Part shown: piece by piece, positions 8,977-16,776 of the stretch
How the letters are laid out: every line of letters starts with the position of its first letter
Position numbering within the stretch: position 1 is the stretch's first letter
Origin: a bacterium
GTDB taxonomy: Bacteria > RBG-13-61-14 > DATKZS01
Assembly: GCA_963674965.2 (NCBI GenBank)
Contig: CAXXFL010000007.1
Location: 352,001-416,000, forward strand
Length of the DNA stretch: 64,000 nucleotides
Direction: 5' to 3'
Position numbers and translations under genes: made by a program
The notes under the pieces: generated by a model
Databases searched by the model: none
Told to the model about the DNA's origin: nothing
What the model saw: only the letters and a program-made list of their open reading frames with translations

Positions 8977-10470
8977 TCACTTTTTCTTCTCGAAACGATA
9001 TACGAAAAGCCAGTCGTATCTTCTTTTTCGAGCGACGATATAACCCGGACCGGGATATTTCTCCGGCTCCAAAAAGGGATCTCCCGCGCTGGGCCGATAC
9101 ACCAGCCAGTACCCGCCGGCCACCTCAATCTGGTCGAAGAAGCTCAGGTCGATCCTCTTGCCGACGATCGCCTCGAGAGGGACGCCAAGCGTGGCCAAGT
9201 CTTCTCGCGTCTCGTAATAGTCGTAAATATGATCGCGGCAATAATCCGGGTACACCAGCACCACGTCGCCGGCCGCGGCTGCCGACTCGAGATCGGACAC
9301 GGCCTCGCGCCAGGGCAGCTTCTCCGTATCCCTGAAATAGACGTAAACGTTCGGCAAGGAAAGAGCTATTATGGCCCCGGCCGCGAACCACCTGAGAGAC
9401 GGCCGGGACAGGCCGGCCACCCCTCCTCCCGCCAGGATGAAAAGGGGAAACGCCGCCGCGATGGCGTTCCTGGCCATGAATATGGGAGTAGTTAAAAGAG
9501 AGGCCGCGAAGGGTACCAGGACCGGCAAGATGAGCCAGAGGACCAGGAGGGAGACGTCTCCCGATAAAAGCCGGAGGAGGCAATGAACAAAAGAGTCCCC
9601 GGGAAGGACGCCGTCTTGTCCGCCGTCCCTTTCGCCATCTCCACGCTCTCTTCTCCAAACGGCCGCGGCGGTCAAGGCCAAAAGCGCGAGGAGGTATTTG
9701 CCTCCGGCGAATTTGATATAGGCGTCCAAGAGGGTTAGAGGGGACGGACGCCCGATCCAGAACCCCTTGGAAACGCGAGCCGCCTGCTCGATCTGCACGA
9801 GCGCCCAGGGCAGGAAAACCAGGGCCAGCGCGATCTGTAAGGTTATCCAGGTTTTAAGCGATGAGCGCGCCTTGTCCCTCCCGGCGATAAGCGCCAAGAA
9901 ATAATGGAGGTCCTGAAATAACACCGTGAATATGGAAAAGGGATGGGCGTACAAAAGAAGCGCCGTCGAGACAAGGTAGGCGCCGGCCGAGGCTCGCCCT
10001 CCCCCTTTGACCGTCCTTATGTAATAAAAGGTCGAGACCAGGCAAAGGAGCGCCATCAGGGAATAGCTCCTGGTTTCCTGCGCGAAATAGATCAGGAAAT
10101 AGGAAAAGGTCGCGAAGGCCGCGCCGAGCAGGCCGGCCGTTTTGCCCAGGGTTTCCTTGCCGACCAGGTAGATCATGGGAATGGAGAGCGTCCCGAAAAT
10201 GGCCGAGAGCGACCTGGCCGCCGCCTCCGATGCCCCGAAAAGCCCGATCCAGTAGTGAAGCAAAAGATAGTAAAGGGGAGGATGAACGTCGGCCGCCGAG
10301 GTCCGGATTATTTCCAGGGGCGAAAGCCCCGCCACGTCGAGGGAGAAGCCCTCGTCCAGCCAAAGGCTCTCGCCGCCGAGGTCGTGAAACCTTATCCCCG
10401 CCGCCATAAGAACGAGCGGCGCCAGAAGAAGGATATGCCCTGGAATTCTTTTCAACGATTCGATTCCCAT
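8977..10470 (-). CDS. GT39/PMT-like polytopic glycosyltransferase (GT-C fold)
   Basis: Start re-set to ATG 10470; SLWLDE, DVHPPLYY, QETRSYSL motifs; many TM helices. Confidence 0.8.
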   Translation of the reverse strand: MGIESLKRIPGHILLLAPLVLMAAGIRFHDLGGESLWLDEGFSLDVAGLSPLEIIRTSAADVHPPLYYLLLHYWIGLFGASEAAARSLSAIFGTLSIPMIYLVGKETLGKTAGLLGAAFATFSYFLIYFAQETRSYSLMALLCLVSTFYYIRTVKGGGRASAGAYLVSTALLLYAHPFSIFTVLFQDLHYFLALIAGRDKARSSLKTWITLQIALALVFLPWALVQIEQAARVSKGFWIGRPSPLTLLDAYIKFAGGKYLLALLALTAAAVWRRERGDGERDGGQDGVLPGDSFVHCLLRLLSGDVSLLVLWLILPVLVPFAASLLTTPIFMARNAIAAAFPLFILAGGGVAGLSRPSLRWFAAGAIIALSLPNVYVYFRDTEKLPWREAVSDLESAAAAGDVVLVYPDYCRDHIYDYYETREDLATLGVPLEAIVGKRIDLSFFDQIEVAGGYWLVYRPSAGDPFLEPEKYPGPGYIVARKRRYDWLFVYRFEKKK

Positions 10471-10557
10471 GCGCCCTTTCCGGACGGCCACCGCGAGGCC
10501 CGGAGGCCGCCGTTGAATAATCATGGCTCCTGTCCTAACATATTTCAACTTTTCATC

Positions 10558-11595
10558 ATGACCAAAAGGGAAGAAAGAGACGAGTACGACTGGATAGAAA
10601 CGGTCGTCAAGCTGGGCGAGTTTATCGGCCTTAACCCCGTTCGTACGCGCTGGAAGCTCCGGGCCTGGCAGGACCGGATGGCCAGGAAACGCGAGGGACT
10701 GGCGGAGGAGGCCCACCAGGTTACGCGCAGGCATAAGACCTGCTCCCGCTGCAACGCGATCAACGCGGTGGAGGACAAGCGCTGCCACAATTGCGGGGCC
10801 CGGCTTCACTCGAGGCCGGTGGACGTGTCGCTCCGTTTCCTTCGCCGTTTCGACGTGGGTCTCAGCGCCGAGACCTTCCTGGCCCTGGCCTTTATCGCCG
10901 TTTACGCGCTGGTGGCGATCAAGGGCCCAGGCTCGGGATGGATATCCCAATCGTCAAGAGACCTCATCGCCATGGGCGGCAATTACGGTCCCGCGGTATT
11001 CGACGGGCAATGGTATCGGCTCTGGACGTCGGTCCTGATGCACGGCGGCATATGGCACGTCGGGTTCAACGTCTACGCCCTGCTGTACATAGCTCCCCTC
11101 GTCCGTGAGGTCTATGGCTCCAATAAAACGGTCTTTTCCTTCGTGGTTACGGGCGTTCTCGCCTCGTGCGTTTCCCTGGCCTATAACTATTTCGACCCCT
11201 CCGCCGTGGTACCGATTCAGACGGAGGCGGGCGTCTTCCTTCATAAGTCCTATCCCGTCGGCATCGGGGCGTCGGGGGCCATCTGCGGACTGATAGGAAT
11301 GGCCGCGGCCTGGGGCCACAGGGACGGAACGTCGAGCGGGATCAACGTAAGGAACTCCCTCATCCGGTGGATATTTTACATACTGGTGTTCGGTTATTTC
11401 ATCGGGGCGGACAACGCCGCCCATATTGGCGGACTGGCGGCGGGGGCCGCCTTGTCTTTCGCCCTTCCCGCGAGTTGGAACGACAGGCAAAGCAATCTCG
11501 AGTTGGTCCTGGGCGCGGCCTCATGGCTGGCCGTTGCCGCCGGGGTGGCCATGGTTGCCTACCTGGCATTTACCGCCTTCCCCATTCCTCAATAA
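10558..11595 (+). CDS. Rhomboid intramembrane serine protease with N-terminal zinc ribbon
   Basis: Start re-set to ATG 10558; CSRC...CHNC; WYRLWTSVLMHGGIWHVGFN, GASG, AHIGG. Confidence 0.88.
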   Translation: MTKREERDEYDWIETVVKLGEFIGLNPVRTRWKLRAWQDRMARKREGLAEEAHQVTRRHKTCSRCNAINAVEDKRCHNCGARLHSRPVDVSLRFLRRFDVGLSAETFLALAFIAVYALVAIKGPGSGWISQSSRDLIAMGGNYGPAVFDGQWYRLWTSVLMHGGIWHVGFNVYALLYIAPLVREVYGSNKTVFSFVVTGVLASCVSLAYNYFDPSAVVPIQTEAGVFLHKSYPVGIGASGAICGLIGMAAAWGHRDGTSSGINVRNSLIRWIFYILVFGYFIGADNAAHIGGLAAGAALSFALPASWNDRQSNLELVLGAASWLAVAAGVAMVAYLAFTAFPIPQ

Positions 11596-11781
11596 TATTG
11601 CTATATGAGATATCCGCTCGCTCTTGTTATTTTTTTCCAAAGGCGTGGCCGCGTCCTTGCCCGTTTCTCCATATGTCCGAAACATAAGCAAATTTAGTCA
11701 TTAACGTCTGGCCCGGATCATTCAATTATCTTCCTGGCCCGGTTTGTGGGGGAACTTTGGCCGTGCTAGAATGCTCCAATT

Positions 11782-12471
11782 ATGAACATGAAAGAAGCAC
11801 TGGAAACCATCAATAATTTGTTCCCGCTCGCCGAAAAGGGCGGGATTGTCATGTGGCCCATCGCCATCCTCTCGATGTTCGCCCTGGCCATCATTCTGGA
11901 GCGGTTCTGGGTCCTGGTCCTGCGCGCCGACCGCATAATGTCCAAGGCCTTCATGCGCGAAATCGAGGCCATGCTGGACAAGGGAGAAATCGAGGAAACC
12001 GTGGTCGCCTGCCGCAAGCGCGACTCGATGATGTCCCGGGTCCTTCTCGCCGGCCTGGCCCTTCGCGGGGCCCCGCGCGGGATCATCCGGGAAGCCCTGG
12101 AGGACGAGGGACGAAAGGAAGCCCGGGAGTTGGAAAGATACCTGGGCGGCCTGGCCGCCATCGCCGGCGTCAGCCCTCTCCTGGGTCTTCTGGGCACGGT
12201 CTTCGGCATGATCGAGATATTCCAGAAAATCGAGAGCAACCCGGTGGGAAAGTTCGAGTCCCTGGCCGGGGGCATTTACGTGGCGCTTTACACCACCGCC
12301 GCCGGACTGGTCGTGGCGATTCCCACATATCTTGCCTACCGGGCCTTTTTAGGCATCGCCACCTACAGGACCAACGAGATGGAGGAGCAGGCCGTGAGCC
12401 TGTTGAACCATCTGGACCGTCCCGGAGGGGTATTCAACGGCGGCCCGGCGGAAGAACAAGATGAGGTTTAA
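11782..12471 (+). CDS. MotA/TolQ/ExbB proton channel protein
   Basis: SPLLGLLGTVFGMI and GIYVALYTTAAGLVVAIP. Confidence 0.9.
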   Translation: MNMKEALETINNLFPLAEKGGIVMWPIAILSMFALAIILERFWVLVLRADRIMSKAFMREIEAMLDKGEIEETVVACRKRDSMMSRVLLAGLALRGAPRGIIREALEDEGRKEARELERYLGGLAAIAGVSPLLGLLGTVFGMIEIFQKIESNPVGKFESLAGGIYVALYTTAAGLVVAIPTYLAYRAFLGIATYRTNEMEEQAVSLLNHLDRPGGVFNGGPAEEQDEV

Positions 12472-13090
12472 AACCAGCCCCCCGCCCGACGACCCGAGGC
12501 CCAATATCACCTCGCTGGTGGACGTGCTTTTCCTGCTCATCATATTTTTCACCGTCACCACCACCTTCGTCACCTCGGGGGGGATCGACGTGAACCTGCC
12601 CCAGGCCTCGACCCAGCGCCAGATTGAAAAAGTCGAGAAGCTCTTCGTCGTGGTGAACAAGAAGGGCGTCGCCTTCGTGCAGGGACAGAAAAAGTCCGAC
12701 GCCGAGCTGGCCGACCAGTTCAGTTCGCTTAAGACCGGCAACTCCGAGGCCATCGTGGTCATACAGGCTGACCAGGCCACCCACCACGGACGCGTGGTGG
12801 AAATAATGGACATGGCCCAGGCGGCCGGGCTCTCGCGGCTGGCCATAGCCACCGAGGCCAAAAGGGAACCGGCGCCGATAAAGATGGACGAGCCGGACAA
12901 GTCCGCGCCCGACGATCAAGCGGCGAGCGAAGACGAAAAAGACGACAAGGCGGATGAATCAACCGATGAAGCCGGAGCGTCAACCGAGGCGGACGAGACT
13001 TCCATGTCCCCCGACCCCGAAGCCGACTCGAATAAAAACGATACCGAGTCAAACCCCGACGAAAAAGAGACAAGCAATCCTCACGAATAA
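12461..13090 (+). CDS. ExbD/TolR protein with long acidic C-terminal extension
   Basis: NITSLVDVLFLLIIFF (conserved TM Asp), VNLP, IQAD...VVEIMD; overlaps the exbB-like gene. Confidence 0.88.
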   Translation: MRFKTSPPPDDPRPNITSLVDVLFLLIIFFTVTTTFVTSGGIDVNLPQASTQRQIEKVEKLFVVVNKKGVAFVQGQKKSDAELADQFSSLKTGNSEAIVVIQADQATHHGRVVEIMDMAQAAGLSRLAIATEAKREPAPIKMDEPDKSAPDDQAASEDEKDDKADESTDEAGASTEADETSMSPDPEADSNKNDTESNPDEKETSNPHE

Positions 13091-13153
13091 ATGATATAAT
13101 GAAATGGTAGCGGCGGGACCACCGCCGCGCGGCAAGCTGAAGCGGAGGTCGAG

Positions 13154-13450
13154 ATGAAGCTGAAAGTGGTCGTTGGCTTGTTGGTCCTATTAATCCTCGG
13201 ATACACCGTCCTGGGCGAGCACGGTCTCGTGCGCCTCGTCAGGTCTCAAAAACAAAAAAACGCCCTGCTCGAGGACAAGCAAAGGCTCGAGAGCGAGAAC
13301 GCCGAGTTGAAAAAGGAGATAGACCGTCTCCAAAACGATCCCGACTACATCGAGAGGGTGGCCCGCGAGGAACTGGGCATGGTCAAAAAGGGCGAGTTGG
13401 TCATCCAGTTCGCCGATCCCGACGAGTCCGGGGCGCCCACGTCGCCATGA
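13154..13450 (+). CDS. ftsB: Cell division protein FtsB/DivIC
   Basis: TM helix, coiled coil, YIERVAREELGMVKKGE. Confidence 0.85.
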   Translation: MKLKVVVGLLVLLILGYTVLGEHGLVRLVRSQKQKNALLEDKQRLESENAELKKEIDRLQNDPDYIERVAREELGMVKKGELVIQFADPDESGAPTSP

Positions 13451-15543
13451 CCTCCGCCCCGGCAAGGTCCGGCGTCCTCGCGGCCGTGGCCCTGGCCGTC
13501 AGGGTATGTTGCCCATTGGCCTTCGGCGCTTTACTGGCCCTTGGCCGCTTTTCCGATATCGGCGCTTATGGCCCGCTTCAATGGGGCGGACTGGCGCTCA
13601 TGGCCGCTTTGTTCGGGTTCGAGCTTTTCCTTGCCTTTTCATTAAGGACCATCACCAGGGCGTCCGGATTCTCTCTCGCTCTGGTGACCACGCTGGCGGT
13701 AAAGGCCGCGGCCCTGGCCGGGTTGGCGGCCGAGACCGACCTTTTTCCCCTGGTTCTTCTCGCCTTCACCGCCGCCGCCGGCTACGCGGGGATTTTACGC
13801 GCCGCCGCTCTATTGGCGATTTACGCGGGACTCGAGACCGCCTCGGCTTTCCTCGGGTCCGGCTCGCCTCCGGACTGGACCGTCCTTGCCCTCCGCGCCG
13901 CGGCCATGGCCGGGTTCGGAATCATGGTCACCGGGCTGGTCCGTCTCGAGCGCATAAAAGGTAGCCTGGCCGAGGACAAGCTGGCGAAAATCCAAAAAGG
14001 CGCCACCGAGTTCCAGCGGGACGACACGGTCCATCGCCTTTCCGGCTTGTCGGACAAGGGCAGGCACAAGGAGTCCATCCGCCGCGTCATCGACCTGGAC
14101 CAGAAGTTCTACTCCGAGCTCGAGGAGGCCAGGGCCGCGCTCAAGGCCGACGCCTGCGTCCTTTACTGGCGCGCCGAGCCGGACGAGGACTTCCATTTCC
14201 GGGAGGCGTCCTCCCAGCGGGAGGAGCTTAGCGACGCGGCCATGCTCCCCAAAGACGGAGGGACCCTGGCCCGAGCGGCGCTGGATGGAAAGACCATCTC
14301 CTTTTCCGGCGCGAAAAACCTGAAGGGTAAAATCCCCTATCTTTCATCCGGGAATTCCGCCGAGCACTTTATCGCCGGGCCAGTTATTGACGAGGACTGG
14401 GTCCAGGGGGTACTGGCGGCCGACCGCTCCTCGGGAGGGCCCTTCACCAGGAACGACGAAAAAGTCCTGGCCGCCATCGCCCGGAACGTGAAGGAAATCC
14501 ACTCCCACGCCCTGCTCATCAAGCGCAGCGAGGTCGAGGCGGCGCAGTTTAAAAGCCTGGCCCAGCTTGGCGGCCGTCTCAGCCGCTCCCTCGACCTGGC
14601 CGAGATCATGGAGGCGGTTGAAAGGACCGCCGGGGCCATAACCAATCAGGACGCGCTGGTGGTGATCGAGGGGTCCCTGGAGGGGGAACCGCGCGTGATC
14701 CACGCCGCCGGCGAGGTCGGGGAGGGCCTGGCCGGGGGAACCATCGATCAGGACCTTTCCCTGGCGGGCGAGGTGATCAGAAAGTCGCGTTACAAGGTCG
14801 TCAAGGACCTCGAGGCTTTTTCGCCGGTAAGGCCGGTGCTGGGTCCGGGCATGGACCCTCCTGGAATGAGGTCAGCCCTTATCCATCCCCTGCCCTTCGC
14901 CTCCGGCAAGCCCGGGGCGCTGGCTCTTTTCTCGAAACGGCCCGACGCCTTCGGGGCCTACGTGGCGGGGGTGACCGGCGTTCTGGCCGACATGGCCTCG
15001 GTCAGCGTCCGCAACGCGGCCCTTTATCGCGAGATGGCCAAGAAGGCGGTGACCGACGGGCTGACGGGCCTTCACAACCACCGCTGGTTCCAGGAGAGGC
15101 TCGAGGAGGAAATCGAGCGTGCCGAGCGCCTGGGCTCTCGCCTGGCCGTGGTGATGGCGGACGTGGACCACTTCAAGAAGGTCAACGACGCCCACGGGCA
15201 CCCGGTGGGCGACGAGGTGCTCAAGGCCGTGTCGGGCCTCCTTAAAAGGACGGCGCGCAAAGTGGACGCGGCCGCGAGGTACGGCGGCGAGGAGTTCGTG
15301 GTCATCCTGGTGGGCACGGACGGCCAGGGCGCCCTCGAGTTCGCCGAGCGGGTGAGGAAAGGCGTTTCCAAGCTGGCCTTCGACACCGGCGAGACCAGGT
15401 TCAAGGTCACCCTCTCCCTCGGCGTCTCCGTCTACCCCGACGACGCCCAGGCCAAGGACCGCCTCATCGAACTGGCCGACCAGGCCCTCTACCAGGCCAA
15501 GGAGTCCGGAAGGAACAGGACCATAAGGACGGGTAAAGGCTGA
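13447..15543 (+). CDS. dmxA: Membrane-anchored GAF-GAF-GGDEF diguanylate cyclase, DmxA-like
   Basis: About six N-terminal TM helices, two GAF-like domains, TDGLTGLHN, DVDHFKKVND, I-site RKVD and GGEEF; ATGA overlap with ftsB as in the Myxococcus ftsB-dmxA operon. Confidence 0.75.
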   Translation: MTSAPARSGVLAAVALAVRVCCPLAFGALLALGRFSDIGAYGPLQWGGLALMAALFGFELFLAFSLRTITRASGFSLALVTTLAVKAAALAGLAAETDLFPLVLLAFTAAAGYAGILRAAALLAIYAGLETASAFLGSGSPPDWTVLALRAAAMAGFGIMVTGLVRLERIKGSLAEDKLAKIQKGATEFQRDDTVHRLSGLSDKGRHKESIRRVIDLDQKFYSELEEARAALKADACVLYWRAEPDEDFHFREASSQREELSDAAMLPKDGGTLARAALDGKTISFSGAKNLKGKIPYLSSGNSAEHFIAGPVIDEDWVQGVLAADRSSGGPFTRNDEKVLAAIARNVKEIHSHALLIKRSEVEAAQFKSLAQLGGRLSRSLDLAEIMEAVERTAGAITNQDALVVIEGSLEGEPRVIHAAGEVGEGLAGGTIDQDLSLAGEVIRKSRYKVVKDLEAFSPVRPVLGPGMDPPGMRSALIHPLPFASGKPGALALFSKRPDAFGAYVAGVTGVLADMASVSVRNAALYREMAKKAVTDGLTGLHNHRWFQERLEEEIERAERLGSRLAVVMADVDHFKKVNDAHGHPVGDEVLKAVSGLLKRTARKVDAAARYGGEEFVVILVGTDGQGALEFAERVRKGVSKLAFDTGETRFKVTLSLGVSVYPDDAQAKDRLIELADQALYQAKESGRNRTIRTGKG

Positions 15544-15801
15544 AACGTCTCCGGATTAGCGGCTTAATAAAGCCCGGGGTTGGCCTTTGGATGGGAAGAA
15601 AATGGTGCAAGGAGTTCAAGCTAACGTCACTGCAAAGGCCAAACGCGAGACCCAGCTTCGCTGGACCAGGACTTTTTTTAAACCGGCCGGGCCACGCCCG
15701 CGCGCGAAACAAATAATACTTTACCCTGGCGCGCTCGTGAGCTACCCTAGTTGGAGGAAACTGGGACCGCGCCATGGAGCGCGTGAAAGGGGGCGAATGA
15801 G

Positions 15802-16317
15802 ATGAGTAACAAGAATCACCTGCGGGTTGTATATGACGACGACGCCTATCAGGCCGTTCGTCGCCGGGTTAAGAGGTGGGCCGAGGGAAAAGGCCGGGGC
15901 CATAAATATCTCGAGTACGTTCTATTGGCGCCGGACATGCTTCACCTTCTCGGCAAGCTGGTCATGGACAAGCGCGTTCCCTTCCGCTCGAAGGTTTCCC
16001 TGGGCATGGCGATCACCTATTTCGTCTCTCCCCTGGACCTTTTGCCCGAGGCCGTGTTCGGACCCATCGGATACCTGGACGATATAGTGGTGGCGGCCTG
16101 GGCCATTGACGACCTGATCTCGGCGACGGGCCCCGAGGTCGTTCGCGAGCACTGGGCGGGAGACGAGGACGTCCTTTTAACCATCGCCAAGATCAGCGCG
16201 GCCACGAACGAGATGCTGGGCACGGGCCTTGTGCGGCGTCTTCAGGAGGCCTTCCGGAGTCAGAGGACCTCGCTCGGCGGTCCGGGCGCGGCTCACAAGC
16301 TGCCGGCCGGGAAATAG
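15802..16317 (+). CDS. YkvA/DUF1232 family protein
   Basis: YFVSPLDLLPEAVFGPIGYLDD. Confidence 0.85.
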   Translation: MSNKNHLRVVYDDDAYQAVRRRVKRWAEGKGRGHKYLEYVLLAPDMLHLLGKLVMDKRVPFRSKVSLGMAITYFVSPLDLLPEAVFGPIGYLDDIVVAAWAIDDLISATGPEVVREHWAGDEDVLLTIAKISAATNEMLGTGLVRRLQEAFRSQRTSLGGPGAAHKLPAGK

Positions 16318-16336
16318 CGGTCCAGGGCGGGCGGGG

Positions 16337-16672
16337 TCAGTCGGGGTCTTCCTCCATCTCGTCCTCGTCTTCCTCCTCCAGGTCGCGATAGGGCTGCATG
16401 GACTCGTACCTTTCGGCCCAGAACTCGATGAAGAACTCCATGAGCTTTAAGTAGGCCTCGACGACCTCCTCGCCTTCCAGGTCCTCGACGGAGTTAAAGG
16501 CCACCTGGTACATGGTCCCCGGGTCCACCTCCATAATGCCACGCCCCCCGAGCCGGTCGAGGAAAAAGTCGAAGTACTCCTCGTAGGCCTCGAGGTGCTC
16601 GGCCGTGAACCCCTGCCTCTCGAGGTGCTTGAAAAAGGCGGTCTTGATAAACCGGTTGTCGTCTTTCTCCAT
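16337..16672 (-). CDS. Small, highly acidic protein resembling a stand-alone integrase SAM-like (core-binding) domain
   Basis: 111 aa, 34 D/E versus 10 K/R by hand count; helical pattern F..HL...GF...HL.AY...F..FL..L...I.EV...M...YL..M..F..F. Confidence 0.6.
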   Translation of the reverse strand: MEKDDNRFIKTAFFKHLERQGFTAEHLEAYEEYFDFFLDRLGGRGIMEVDPGTMYQVAFNSVEDLEGEEVVEAYLKLMEFFIEFWAERYESMQPYRDLEEEDEDEMEEDPD

Positions 16673-16727
16673 GGAAATTCCCGCTTCCTGAAGGGGCCGT
16701 TGGCCGCGCCGCCTCGGGCCCCCAACT

Positions 16728-16754
16728 AAAAAGGGGCGCCTTGACGCCCCCTTT
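16728..16754 (-). terminator. Intrinsic terminator of the EF-G2 gene
   Basis: Minus strand GGGGCG-loop-CGCCCC followed by T5. Confidence 0.7.
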
Positions 16755-16776
16755 ATTATTTATCTCTCGGCGGTCC

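Noticed and set aside
9943-10950. Apparent long overlap of the GT39 and rhomboid ORFs
   Set aside because: Artefact of longest-ORF starts; starts at 10470 and 10558 remove the overlap
15560-15700. 6S RNA
   Set aside because: The paired region is too short and the usual rod with central bubble and zapA context were not seen
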